DNA of 64,000 bases from a virus. The stretch lies in IMG/VR virus record IMGVR_UViG_3300024346_000011. One strand, given 5' to 3'. The notes beneath the pieces are model-generated. The model ran no database searches, was not told the origin of the DNA, and saw only the letters and a list, made by a program, of their open reading frames with translations. This document shows, piece by piece, positions 26,621 through 36,186 of this stretch. Made by a program: the position numbers and the translations under genes. Each line of letters opens with the position of its first letter. Positions within the stretch are counted from its first letter, which is position 1.

Positions 26621-28570
26621 TTATCTTGCGTTCTTAAAACGTTGATAACCCAAGCTAGGTATTGAGTTATCAATTAAGATCGCATGTTGATTATCTCGAA
26701 CTACATACTGATTTAATACATTATGGTGCTGTTCAAATTCAATAACTCTTTCAAATACTCTAATATTTGTCATATATGTATTATTGCCTCTGATATTGTA
26801 ATTAGAGCCAGCAGTCCAAATAATTGGTAAACCAACATTGTTTACTTCAGAATATTCTTCAATTAAATTATTTGAAGCATCTTGTGGTCTGTTTGGTGCA
26901 ACTGTACCTCTATTGTTATTTTGGTCTAATCGATACAAGTGTGCGCTCATCTGTAAGAATTCATTATTAATATTGAGAATAAATCCATACCAATTATCTT
27001 TTTGGAGCGTTACGCCGTGATTAAATGTATAATCAACGCCAGCAACTGCAACTCTAAATGCTGTTTGGCTAACGAATAATTTAAAACCATTTAATGCGGC
27101 AAGATCGCCAAAAAGAATATATTCATTGGTATCAGCTGTTGTAAATCGTGGATTAAACCAGAGTGAGATTGCCATACTTTGGCTTGATGATAACTTTGAA
27201 GGAATTGCATATTCAATTGCAACGCTTGATGTATTTACAGTTGTTAAATCATAATGGTTTTTACTCACAACAGTCCAACGATTCTTTAAATCATAATCTT
27301 GAATTGTTAATTTACGATCAACAAAAGATCTAATGCCATCTCGATATGCTGTAGAAACCGTTTGGAATTGCATTGGATTAGTGTCCTTGATTTGCTCATC
27401 CTTTTGTCTTTCACCAAATACTTCTTCAACACCTGTAATTAAATTATCAGTATCCTGTTCAAAGTTATTTTTAAGAACTGCAGTACGATCCTGGTATTTA
27501 ACCAATTTAACTCTCCAGTATGAATGTGACTTGTTAAATTCGTCAGCCATTCCAACTGAACTTACCTCATACATTCTATTAATTAATGGAATATACATGT
27601 AATCCAAGTTTCTTGGAGTTTTACCAAATCCAAAAGCTCTTTCAAATTCTGCTGCCGTAATATGCACTTCAAATTCTGCAAATTCCATACCAAATACATC
27701 ATATGTTGGATTTTCTTCTGGAAATTCATTATCTGGAACAAGAATCTTTAACGTTTTTTTACCAACAACATTAAATAGTGAATATTCCATTAAGATAACG
27801 TCCTCAGTACGTTTATCAGGTTCTGTTCTAAAGTATTGAACTTGGTGACCAAAAATATCGTTTGTAATATTTACAAGTTGCTTGTAAATTGTATTTGTCT
27901 TATTTAAATTATATGGTTGAAATAGATTTGTATCACATGATACTTGAATATTTGCACAACCATCATACGCAAATGGATCTGTACATTCTACACAAAATTG
28001 AGGACATGATTCAATAACACCATCCCCTGTTTCAATTGTAAATGTTAATGAAATTAATGATAGTGTATTACCAATTCCAAGAGAAGCAACCTCAGCTTTT
28101 ACATCTAACCACAATGGTTTAGTTGCATCAAATGTTAAACTAAATAGATCATTATATAAGCTGCCTTTAGTAAGAGGTACAAACTCAGAATATTGCATAT
28201 TTGTTTGTGACCATCTATATTCATAATCAAATTTATTTGATTGATTTTCGGCAAGATAGAACTCTAATCCAGTTGTTGTAAAATCTGGAGCCGTAGTAAG
28301 TGTCATTGTAATTGGCGATTCAATACTTGCAATTTCATATTGAGTATTACCTAAAAGAATAATATCACCAACTACTAAATTAGTAAAGTTAGTAAATGTT
28401 CCTTGAATTGTTGTTGAACCTGCGGTGACTGCTAAAGTACCTTCAGTTTTATAGTTCTGAATACCTACAATTGCTTCCCAATCTAAAATACGAACTGTAT
28501 TTAGATATGGATCTTTTAATGAGGCAATTAAGTAATCGCCATACTCATTTGCTGTGTAACCTACTACCAT
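26621..28570 (-). CDS. Neck / head-closure protein (gp14-like core) with beta-rich N-terminal and LamG-like C-terminal extensions
   Basis: Central FGHQVQYF..DVILMEY..FG..FEVHI..P..DYMYIPLINRMYEV; C-terminal ISLWFNP, DNWY, NIRVF. Confidence 0.6.
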   Translation of the reverse strand: MVVGYTANEYGDYLIASLKDPYLNTVRILDWEAIVGIQNYKTEGTLAVTAGSTTIQGTFTNFTNLVVGDIILLGNTQYEIASIESPITMTLTTAPDFTTTGLEFYLAENQSNKFDYEYRWSQTNMQYSEFVPLTKGSLYNDLFSLTFDATKPLWLDVKAEVASLGIGNTLSLISLTFTIETGDGVIESCPQFCVECTDPFAYDGCANIQVSCDTNLFQPYNLNKTNTIYKQLVNITNDIFGHQVQYFRTEPDKRTEDVILMEYSLFNVVGKKTLKILVPDNEFPEENPTYDVFGMEFAEFEVHITAAEFERAFGFGKTPRNLDYMYIPLINRMYEVSSVGMADEFNKSHSYWRVKLVKYQDRTAVLKNNFEQDTDNLITGVEEVFGERQKDEQIKDTNPMQFQTVSTAYRDGIRSFVDRKLTIQDYDLKNRWTVVSKNHYDLTTVNTSSVAIEYAIPSKLSSSQSMAISLWFNPRFTTADTNEYILFGDLAALNGFKLFVSQTAFRVAVAGVDYTFNHGVTLQKDNWYGFILNINNEFLQMSAHLYRLDQNNNRGTVAPNRPQDASNNLIEEYSEVNNVGLPIIWTAGSNYNIRGNNTYMTNIRVFERVIEFEQHHNVLNQYVVRDNQHAILIDNSIPSLGYQRFKNAR

Positions 28571-28572
28571 AC

Positions 28573-29046
28573 TTAAAATTCAGTTGAAGAATCACCAAAT
28601 TCTTCTTTCTTTTTAATACCTTTATTAACTTGATCTTGTGGCTTATAAACCTCTCCAGCAATCCAAGATGCAACGAAACCAGTAAGTGAAACAAAGTACA
28701 TTGCAAGATCTTTCAAATTAGCTTCAAACCAAACTGCAGCACCCCCAGCAATTGCCCAAAGAAGAACAACAATATAAATCATCATCTCTCTTCTTGAAGA
28801 TGGACCTGGTTTAATAATTGCAGTTTTAATACTTGGTCTCTTAGTTTCTGCCCAAATATAAGTTGCAACGTATGCAGTTAAAGAACCAAAGTAAACTGCC
28901 ATATCTGAGAAGTTTGTTTGCTTATATGCACCTAATAAGCCTAAAATAATCCATAATAGGACAACAATATAGACTAATCCTTCTCTTTTGCCAAAATCAC
29001 CAAGGAAAGTTCTTACAGCGGTTCTTATCTTTGTTATAAATTTCAT
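28573..29046 (-). CDS. Four-TM membrane protein with an internal duplication, holin candidate
   Basis: Two repeats of RE..YIVVLLW...YFxSLT; basic N-terminus and charged C-terminus; late promoter in a hairpin upstream. Confidence 0.5.
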   Translation of the reverse strand: MKFITKIRTAVRTFLGDFGKREGLVYIVVLLWIILGLLGAYKQTNFSDMAVYFGSLTAYVATYIWAETKRPSIKTAIIKPGPSSRREMMIYIVVLLWAIAGGAAVWFEANLKDLAMYFVSLTGFVASWIAGEVYKPQDQVNKGIKKKEEFGDSSTEF

Positions 29047-29054
29047 TTACCCAA

Positions 29055-29089
29055 GATCTATTTTATCTATATATTCGATAAAATAGATC
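29055..29089 (-). promoter_or_regulatory. 13-bp hairpin with a late-promoter variant (GAATATATA) as its loop
   Basis: GATCTATTTTATC / GATAAAATAGATC perfect inverted repeat ending 8 nt upstream of the ATG. Confidence 0.65.
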
Positions 29090-29723
29090 AATAATCTGTA
29101 ACTAATAAAACGACTGGGTTATCTGATTCAACTCTAGGGTCAATAATATCTAAAATACCTGAGAATAAATCTCCAGCAATCATATCTTCTTCAGATGTTT
29201 CAATAATTTTATCAACTGTATTTAAAAAGTCTGATAATTTATAACTACTGAATGGAACATCTTCGTCCAAGATTCCTTGCTTAAATAAGTATTTATTAAC
29301 AACATTCAATTCGCTATTTGTAAAAAATTCTGCTAATCGGAACGTAATTGTTAAAACTTTATAATCAAATCGAAGCATTTTTTGTTCCTCGTCCTCAATC
29401 ATTCTGCTAAACTTCTTTTTATAAGATCTAGTAAACTTGATAAACACAAGTCGATCCATTTCCTGCATAATCCTGATTAAAAAGTAGATTGTATTTGCCT
29501 CTTTATGTAAGAAATCTAAGCTAACTGCCCCAATCTTTCTGAGCATTGGTTCATAATATTTCTGTAAAAGATCTACCAATAAACCCGCATGTACGAGTAT
29601 CGAATCATCGTCAACTTTAATATGGTCAACCTCATTATATAAACGAGCCCATAACTGATTGTCAATATAATTATACTTATAAAGGGTAATATCAATCGAT
29701 GTTGGTAAATTTGAAAACTCCAT
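29088..29723 (-). CDS. Hypothetical protein
   Basis: Long clean ORF in the replication operon. Confidence 0.75.
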   Translation of the reverse strand: MEFSNLPTSIDITLYKYNYIDNQLWARLYNEVDHIKVDDDSILVHAGLLVDLLQKYYEPMLRKIGAVSLDFLHKEANTIYFLIRIMQEMDRLVFIKFTRSYKKKFSRMIEDEEQKMLRFDYKVLTITFRLAEFFTNSELNVVNKYLFKQGILDEDVPFSSYKLSDFLNTVDKIIETSEEDMIAGDLFSGILDIIDPRVESDNPVVLLVTDY

Positions 29724-29739
29724 GAAGTAGTATTATTTT

Positions 29740-30168
29740 TTAGTATACTTTCATCGATTTTTCAATCGACTGTAATTGAGCATAAAGATCTGCCTTTGCA
29801 AACTTTTGTAACTCTTTAAATTCGCGTTTACCAATCTCATTCTTTTCTAAAAAGAATTTAATTGCCTCATCACTAGGTATATATTCAGTCTTAGATTTAG
29901 CTGTATTTTCTGATTTTTTAGTTTTAGTATAGATCCAACCTGGAACGGCCTTAAATCGAGAAGCCACCATAGCCCAACCGTCAACCACGGCAACTGGGTT
30001 AATGCCATTCAAGTTTAAAGCATTTGCATTTGCTGGAAATTTGATAGCAAAGAAGCGGTTGAGCATGAATTGGTGCCTCTTCTTATTATGATTTTTAACT
30101 GATTTATATTGATCCCCTTTGGTGAAAATCAACTTAATAAAATCAAATAATTTTGTCTCGTCTAACAT
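29740..30168 (-). CDS. Putative clamp loader small subunit (gp62-like)
   Basis: FMLNRFF...ANALN...W.YTK..K pattern, size, and proximity to the gp44-like gene. Confidence 0.5.
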   Translation of the reverse strand: MLDETKLFDFIKLIFTKGDQYKSVKNHNKKRHQFMLNRFFAIKFPANANALNLNGINPVAVVDGWAMVASRFKAVPGWIYTKTKKSENTAKSKTEYIPSDEAIKFFLEKNEIGKREFKELQKFAKADLYAQLQSIEKSMKVY

Positions 30169-31391
30169 TAAAATAATCCTTTAGGATTTGTATCAACTTT
30201 AGGTTGATTTGTTTCTGGAATTTGTAAACCTGCAAATGGATCATAACCGCCTGGCGCGCCTGTTTTCTTTTCAGTCCAATTAGTTCCTTCGAGAATTGCT
30301 TCCATTTTTGATAATTTACCAAGATCAGTTGAATTGTTAAAATCAGACTCAACATTCTTATAAATATCTTTTTGGATTGGATCTGGAATTGTATTGTAGT
30401 GCAATAACATCAAATCCAAGTTTTGATTAAAGCGCATTTTAATCTCTTGTGGAGTTGATTGACCAACAACTCGATAGATTATATCGACAATCTTTTCAAC
30501 TTGTGGCTTATTGAAGAATAAATCAATATGGAAATCACCTTCTTCTTTCTTATATTGTTCTAAGATCTTTTCAGCCTGCTTTTCAGTGATTGAATAGTTT
30601 AGTGTTTTGCCACCTTTGGAATGTTTAGTCCAACAAACTACTGCTGCGATATTATCACTCTTATCACCTTGTAAGATTTTAGTAAAGATAAAGTCGTCAC
30701 AGTTAACTTCATCAATCGATACTTTATTCTTATCAATCCAGCTCTTTAATTCTTTCTTAGCCAATCCAGAGACTGAAAGACCTTGTGACATATTGAATAG
30801 CAAATCTTCATCTGAAAAATCAGAAGATTCTTCTTTGTTTAAGACTTTTTCAAATCCTTGGAATGCAATCAATTTACGTTTTGAATTGTAATACCAAAGA
30901 GTATATGCATCTGTTGCATCATTGTAGTTTACCAATTGAATTAAATCACGATCGCCAGTCCATACAATACAATTAGATCCTTCATTATTCAGCTGGGTTG
31001 ACCAACCAAAAAGAACATCATCAGCTTCAGCACCATTGATTTGGTGAATGATAACACCTTTACGTGCAAGAATCTGTTGAAATTCTGTATAAACATTGAA
31101 CACAGCAGTCCAATCTACTGAATCATCATGTGTGCGTGTACCTTTATAATTAGCATCTGGAAAGAGATCTTTACGCCAAGATTTTGAATCAATTGCCATA
31201 ACAATTTGATCAACAAATGGATTCATCTTACGAACTTCAGACGCAAAATCAATACAGAGTTTGCGCATCAATTGCGCTTTACTTTCTTCAGATTCAAGAA
31301 GGCGCTCATTCTTTTTTCTGGGTAGGACAAATAATCTACTGTGTAAGAAGTAGTTACCGTCAATGAGGAGTGTATGTCTTCCTAGTTTCAT
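30168..31391 (-). CDS. rnh: 5'-3' exonuclease / RNase H (T4 rnh, FEN family)
   Basis: LLIDGN, SWRK..YKGTR, EADD, TGDRDL, GDKSDNI. Likely start MKLGRH. Confidence 0.85.
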   Translation of the reverse strand: MKLGRHTLLIDGNYFLHSRLFVLPRKKNERLLESEESKAQLMRKLCIDFASEVRKMNPFVDQIVMAIDSKSWRKDLFPDANYKGTRTHDDSVDWTAVFNVYTEFQQILARKGVIIHQINGAEADDVLFGWSTQLNNEGSNCIVWTGDRDLIQLVNYNDATDAYTLWYYNSKRKLIAFQGFEKVLNKEESSDFSDEDLLFNMSQGLSVSGLAKKELKSWIDKNKVSIDEVNCDDFIFTKILQGDKSDNIAAVVCWTKHSKGGKTLNYSITEKQAEKILEQYKKEEGDFHIDLFFNKPQVEKIVDIIYRVVGQSTPQEIKMRFNQNLDLMLLHYNTIPDPIQKDIYKNVESDFNNSTDLGKLSKMEAILEGTNWTEKKTGAPGGYDPFAGLQIPETNQPKVDTNPKGLF

Positions 31392-31393
31392 AA

Positions 31394-31531
31394 TTAACCT
31401 TTCATTAAATTGCCACAATCTTTACACCATGTAACACCAAAAGGATTTGTAGATGGTGCGTGTTTGCTTTTATTGCATCTATTTTTTATTCGTAGTGTTC
31501 TACGTTCTTGTTCTGTAAGTTCTGCTTTCAT
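31394..31531 (-). CDS. Small putative zinc-binding protein (45 aa)
   Basis: Not in the ORF track. MKAELTEQERRTLRIKNRCNKSKHAPSTNPFGVTWCKDCGNLMKG has C-x4-H...CxxC and is the first gene after an early promoter. Confidence 0.6.
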   Translation of the reverse strand: MKAELTEQERRTLRIKNRCNKSKHAPSTNPFGVTWCKDCGNLMKG

Positions 31532-31549
31532 ATCGCTAATCTTTATATG

Positions 31550-31581
31550 TAAATATAACATTTTTTCGCGACATAAAAAAA
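31550..31581 (-). promoter_or_regulatory. Early-type promoter
   Basis: TTTTTTTATGTC-N11-TTATATTTA copy. Confidence 0.75.
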
Positions 31582-32532
31582 TTATTGTCTAACTATTTCT
31601 TGTAATTTATATACACAGCTTAACATTGTAATTACTTGGTCAATCACAAGGCTGCGCTGTGCTTGGTGTTCTGCTACGCAAACTGCAACTTGTGGAATAT
31701 GTCGAGTTGCGTTTGGTTTCTCTGACTGAATGTATTCAATAAACTCTTCGCCAAGTGTTTGAAGAATATCATCAACCCTGTTTGAATATTCACCGACAAG
31801 ATACTTGTAATTCTTAACCGGATCAGTTTCATTAAAGATTAACTCAAATACATCTTTATACACTGAGTTGAACTTCTTAACATCAGTAAGAGTTATATTA
31901 GTTGTGCCTTGTGTTTTGTAACCTTGTAATTTATTCAAAGTTGAGCGCAGATCTGGGAAGTTACGGCGTACAAATTCAACCAATGCATCTTTTTCGATTG
32001 TCAAACCTTCAGATTTGCAAATATCATATACTCTGCGAATATACTTTTTGGTCAATTCAGCCTCTTCTTCTTTATCAAAGTCAAAATTAACCAATTCAAA
32101 TCGGCTCAGGATTGGATCTGGCAATTTATTAATGTAATTACATGTTGCGATGAAACGTGAATTAGATGCAAATTGTTCCATTGTGGCGCGCAAAGCCTTA
32201 AAGAATTGATCAGAGACACCATCAACCTCATCAAGAATAACTACCTTAAATTTGGAGCGATCATCCATAATTGACATTGTCGAACAAAAGTCCGTGATTC
32301 GAGTTCTGATCACATCAACCGAAGTGTCTGTTGATGCATTGATATAGAGATATGGAAGATCAAATTGCTGAACGATTGCTTTTGCAGTTGAGGTCTTACC
32401 AGTACCTGGTGAACCGGCAAAAAGCATATTTTGCGTAAGTCCGTCCTTGAACTTATTCATAACGCGATCTGGAAGAATCAGATCATTCAGATTTTTAGGT
32501 CTGTATTTCTCGGTAAAGAGTGCTTGGATCAT
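31582..32532 (-). CDS. gp44: Clamp loader AAA+ subunit (RFC-like)
   Basis: EKYRP, GSPGTGKT, INAS, ILDEVD, TCNY, SRF, FPDLR. Confidence 0.95.
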   Translation of the reverse strand: MIQALFTEKYRPKNLNDLILPDRVMNKFKDGLTQNMLFAGSPGTGKTSTAKAIVQQFDLPYLYINASTDTSVDVIRTRITDFCSTMSIMDDRSKFKVVILDEVDGVSDQFFKALRATMEQFASNSRFIATCNYINKLPDPILSRFELVNFDFDKEEEAELTKKYIRRVYDICKSEGLTIEKDALVEFVRRNFPDLRSTLNKLQGYKTQGTTNITLTDVKKFNSVYKDVFELIFNETDPVKNYKYLVGEYSNRVDDILQTLGEEFIEYIQSEKPNATRHIPQVAVCVAEHQAQRSLVIDQVITMLSCVYKLQEIVRQ

Positions 32533-32550
32533 ATCTGTAACATTTAGTAA

Positions 32551-32577
32551 TTATACCACGGACCTACAAAATGTTTC
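32551..32577 (-). promoter_or_regulatory. Middle-type promoter GAAAC-N17-TATAA
   Basis: Motif and spacing conserved; back-to-back with a plus-strand GATAAATA. Confidence 0.65.
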
Positions 32578-32590
32578 AGATAAATATTAT

Positions 32591-33100
32591 ATGGCGTATA
32601 ACAACAAATATCCTGAGATTAAAAGAACTGGCGGACCATACCCTAGAAATAAATACGGGGTCCGCTACGACTCTATCTCAAAATCTCAAAGAAGATTACT
32701 GTTAGAGCACCCTCTATTAAAGGACCGTGCCCAGAGTGATCAATTTCTACATATAATTTTTGAGGTTGCTAGACCAAGGAATGCCACTCGTGATTATAAG
32801 TTCTATTATGACTGGTCGACTGAATCCTTTGTTAAAATCGATGAGCTGAAGGATATTTATGATACCATTGAATGGGAATGCGCCTTTTCAGGTCAAAAGA
32901 TTATGGCCAGTATTAATGATTTCTCTCCAGAGAATTTTGTTCACCCAGATCATTGGGATATGATTAACTATAAAATGATTGATGGTCGCATCGTAAGATC
33001 TTCAGTTGAGTTTCGTAAAAAAGCAAAGAAAGTCCTTCTGAAACAACAGAAGGACTTCCTTAAAATAGCCCGTAAAAATTCAGAAACTAACTTAGATTAA
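32591..33100 (+). CDS. Hypothetical protein (the only convincing plus-strand gene)
   Basis: Fills a gap with no minus-strand ORF; ATG at 32591 preceded by GATAAATA (32579-32586). Confidence 0.7.
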   Translation: MAYNNKYPEIKRTGGPYPRNKYGVRYDSISKSQRRLLLEHPLLKDRAQSDQFLHIIFEVARPRNATRDYKFYYDWSTESFVKIDELKDIYDTIEWECAFSGQKIMASINDFSPENFVHPDHWDMINYKMIDGRIVRSSVEFRKKAKKVLLKQQKDFLKIARKNSETNLD

Positions 33101-34558
33101 TTTCTTAAATCTATCTTTAATATTTAATGTGAATGATTCGTTTAACGTATATTCCATTTCTAATTTAGAAATTTCCATCTCGAAGATTCTACCTAATTCA
33201 GTACCTTCAATTTGCCAATTTTCTTTAGCCATGATATCATCTTTCAACTTCTTAAGCTTATCTAGTTTAGGAGAAGCATCAGCCTTGGATTTAGCTAATT
33301 CATCTTCTTTAGACTTAAGAGCAACTTTTAATACGTCAATTTTATTCTGATCTTCCTTAGACTTTTTACCTTTAGATTCTAATTGTTCAATAGCATCTTT
33401 ATATTCTTTAATCTTATCTTTTACTGCAGAATCTCCTAACTTTTCTTCTTCAGTATCGATCATTTTTTGAATCCTATCAAGTTTACCTTGCTTAGAATTC
33501 TTTACTTCTTGATCTTTTTTATTATCATCTGAAGAACCATCATCTTGTCCTACCTCTCCAGATTTTTTTGCATCTTGAGTTTCTTCAGCATCTGGAGTTT
33601 CTTCAGCATCTGGAGTTTCTTCACCATCTTGAGTTTCTTCAGCGGCTGGAGTTTCTTCACCATTATCTGTAGAAGTTAATTTTTTTAATTTCTCTTCAGC
33701 TTTCTTTACTTTTTCTTTTGCAGAATCAAGTGTTTTAGATTGATTTGGATCTTCAATTGCAATTTCTAAGTCTAATTTAGCTAATTTTAAAGCATATTGT
33801 GCTAATTCCATTTCTTTTTCTGGACCATCAGCCATTCCATCAATATCTTCTTTTTGATCCTTAAGAGCTTCTTTTTGCTTTTTAAGAATTTGGATTTTAT
33901 CATCACCTTTTGCATCTTGAGCATCTTGTTCAGCAGTTGCTGCCATATCTTGAAGTGCTGTATCCTCTTCTTTTATCTTAGCCATAAGATCTCTCATGCG
34001 CTCTTTCATTTCTTTAGGGTCTTTAATATTACCAACCTGTGCCTTAACAACCGCTAAATCACCTTCAAGTCTTGTTTTCTTAACAAGACCTTCAACATAA
34101 GAACCATAACCAGCCGCCATATCATTAATTTGCGCCTGAATTTCTTTAATATTTTGACTTAATTGTCTACTCTTATCAACTAGATATTTCTTCTTATCTG
34201 AATCATCAGAACCTTGAAGTTTTGCAGCTGCAATCTCCATATCTGACTCTTTTAATTTCATGTTATTTATCTGTTTCTGCTTTTTAACCATTCTAGGGCC
34301 AAACCAAATCCATTGCATTACTAAACTTTTCTTATCGCCAGATGCTTCATTTATTTGATTAGCAGATTCAGCTTCTAATTCTTCTTGTAATTCGCCAGCT
34401 AAAGTTTCTAATGAAGTCATAATAGCATCAACGTCGGTCATGATAGCGTCTCTTGAAGAAGATTCAGCTGCTGATGCAATTATTGGCTCTGCAACCGGTT
34501 CTCCGGCGATTTGCTCATTAACTGCTTTATACCAATTGTCAAATGATTTAATTTTCAT
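33092..34558 (-). CDS. Coiled-coil putative internal head protein with a CTS-like leader
   Basis: MKIKSFDNWYKAVNE; internal INE and LNE sites; K/E-rich; late promoter; next to the major capsid gene. Confidence 0.6.
   Translation of the reverse strand: MKIKSFDNWYKAVNEQIAGEPVAEPIIASAAESSSRDAIMTDVDAIMTSLETLAGELQEELEAESANQINEASGDKKSLVMQWIWFGPRMVKKQKQINNMKLKESDMEIAAAKLQGSDDSDKKKYLVDKSRQLSQNIKEIQAQINDMAAGYGSYVEGLVKKTRLEGDLAVVKAQVGNIKDPKEMKERMRDLMAKIKEEDTALQDMAATAEQDAQDAKGDDKIQILKKQKEALKDQKEDIDGMADGPEKEMELAQYALKLAKLDLEIAIEDPNQSKTLDSAKEKVKKAEEKLKKLTSTDNGEETPAAEETQDGEETPDAEETPDAEETQDAKKSGEVGQDDGSSDDNKKDQEVKNSKQGKLDRIQKMIDTEEEKLGDSAVKDKIKEYKDAIEQLESKGKKSKEDQNKIDVLKVALKSKEDELAKSKADASPKLDKLKKLKDDIMAKENWQIEGTELGRIFEMEISKLEMEYTLNESFTLNIKDRFKKLI
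33569..33661 (-). repeat. Five 18-bp tandem repeats encoding EET(P/Q)(D/A)(A/G)
   Basis: GAAGAAACTC(C/A)AG units within the coding sequence. Confidence 0.8.
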
Positions 34559-34584
34559 ATTTATGATATTTTATATTTATAGTC

Positions 34585-34592
34585 TATATATC
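34585..34592 (-). promoter_or_regulatory. Late promoter GATATATA
   Basis: Just after the major capsid terminator. Confidence 0.65.
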
Positions 34593-34597
34593 AAAAT

Positions 34598-34626
34598 AAA
34601 AAAGGGAGATCTTTCGATCTCCCTTT
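34598..34626 (-). terminator. Intrinsic terminator after the major capsid gene
   Basis: AAAGGGAGATC-GAAA-GATCTCCCTTT followed by a T tract. Confidence 0.85.
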
Positions 34627-34655
34627 AAGAATATTCATTCTAATTAATACTCAGA

Positions 34656-36083
34656 TTAAAGAGTGATTAAGTTAGTACCGCCGTTCGCGATTGAAATATC
34701 GAAAGTTACATACTGAGTTTCTGGGTGGAAACCAGCCTCAACTAAAGCGAATCTAGACTTAACAGCTACTTTAGGAGCCATTGTGCCTTCTGCGATAGTT
34801 TGTACAGATTCAGCCATTAAGTAAGGCATGAATACTAAACCAGGACCGTTACCATCACCTTTTCTACCTACAGCAACTTGGTAATCACCCCATGCCATTG
34901 TTGGATCAGTGTAAACATTGATACCAGCAACTGAACCTAATGGATAGATTGCACCAGCAGCTTGAGAGAATGTGTTAGCCATTGGGTTAGCTACGAAACC
35001 AGAAATTGATTGTAATACTGTAGCAACTTGTGGACCAACTACTGCGAATGTACCTGCGCCTCTTCTACCTCTGTTAGCGATTAAGTTAGCAGCAGCTAAA
35101 ACCTGAGTTAAGATTTTTCTTTGCTCAGAAGCAACTGTTTCACCACCAGATAAAGCAGCTTTATTTTGTAATTCAAGATCAAAGTTACCAGCACCCATTG
35201 CCTTAGTAACGTTATCAACACCAAGTGATCTAACTTTACCTAAGATGAATTGGTTGATTGATTGAGTTAACTCGTTAGTTAATACAGACTCAACTTGAGC
35301 AACTGCATCAACACCGAATTGCTTAAGATCTTGTACTTGCTCTCTTGTTACAGCTGCAGCGATTTGGAAAGTCTTAGCTTCAACTGCCTTAGAGAATAAT
35401 GAAAGACCCATTAACTTGTCTGATGTAGATTCACCTTCAGCTCTTGAGTATGGATCGCCATTAGACTTACCAGTAGCACCTTTGATGTGATCTTCTAAAG
35501 CCTTAACTAATTCGATACCGTTATCAACAGCAGTTAAAGATTCGAATGCAGCTAACATTGTACTAGCGTGTGCGCCAGCCTCTTCTACTTGGTAGATTGC
35601 GTAGCCATCGATTCTTGAAGTTTCAGCTAATTTTGTGAATGTGTAGCCATCAGCAGAACCTGCACCGTCTTGAGACTTTGACTTGATGTAAGTTGGAGCA
35701 ACACCACCGTCTAATCTACCACCTTCGTATACGAAGTCTAAGTAAGATAATAAGCCCATAGGACCTGCCATAGGAACAACAGGAACTAAGTCTAAACCTA
35801 CAGTTTGTGCAGCAACTTGCATTGCTAATGGTAATAAAGAAGGAGCTTTGTCACCAGAACCTTTTGCAACACCGTCTACAGCACCTGGAAGTGCAACAGC
35901 ACCCATACCGAATAAGTTCATACCTGGTTGTAAAGACATGATGTTAGCGTCTTCATAAAGCTTGTGATTGTGGCAGTACTGCGACATCCAAGCTAATTTG
36001 TTTGTGTCATTGATACCAGTTGCAGACTCGATGATTGGAGACCAAGTTGCTCTGATTTCTGACTCGTTAATTAAATTTGCCAT
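34656..36083 (-). CDS. gp23: Major capsid protein
   Basis: DLVPVVPMAGPMG, TREQVQDL, ELTQSIN, RRGAGTF, GLVFMPY, KSRFAL; downstream of the protease/scaffold gene. Confidence 0.92.
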   Translation of the reverse strand: MANLINESEIRATWSPIIESATGINDTNKLAWMSQYCHNHKLYEDANIMSLQPGMNLFGMGAVALPGAVDGVAKGSGDKAPSLLPLAMQVAAQTVGLDLVPVVPMAGPMGLLSYLDFVYEGGRLDGGVAPTYIKSKSQDGAGSADGYTFTKLAETSRIDGYAIYQVEEAGAHASTMLAAFESLTAVDNGIELVKALEDHIKGATGKSNGDPYSRAEGESTSDKLMGLSLFSKAVEAKTFQIAAAVTREQVQDLKQFGVDAVAQVESVLTNELTQSINQFILGKVRSLGVDNVTKAMGAGNFDLELQNKAALSGGETVASEQRKILTQVLAAANLIANRGRRGAGTFAVVGPQVATVLQSISGFVANPMANTFSQAAGAIYPLGSVAGINVYTDPTMAWGDYQVAVGRKGDGNGPGLVFMPYLMAESVQTIAEGTMAPKVAVKSRFALVEAGFHPETQYVTFDISIANGGTNLITL

Positions 36084-36122
36084 TTTATGTTAATTTTATT
36101 TTTTAATGGTTTTTATTTAGTT

Positions 36123-36163
36123 TCGATTGTCTTTCAGTTTTCTGCTTCTTAACTGATAATCGA
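36123..36163 (-). promoter_or_regulatory. Stem-loop in the major capsid 5' UTR
   Basis: TCGATT/AATCGA and TCAGTT/AACTGA stems with an AAGAAGCAGAA loop, between the late promoter and the ATG. Confidence 0.5.
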
Positions 36164-36178
36164 TTATTTTTATATTAC

Positions 36179-36186
36179 TATATATC
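36179..36186 (-). promoter_or_regulatory. Late promoter GATATATA
   Basis: Upstream of the major capsid gene; a second AATATATA copy is adjacent. Confidence 0.7.

Noticed and set aside
33569-33661. 18-bp tandem repeats as a phase-variation or diversity-generating element
   Set aside because: They form an in-frame low-complexity acidic linker; no reverse transcriptase or template/variable repeat pair is in the window.
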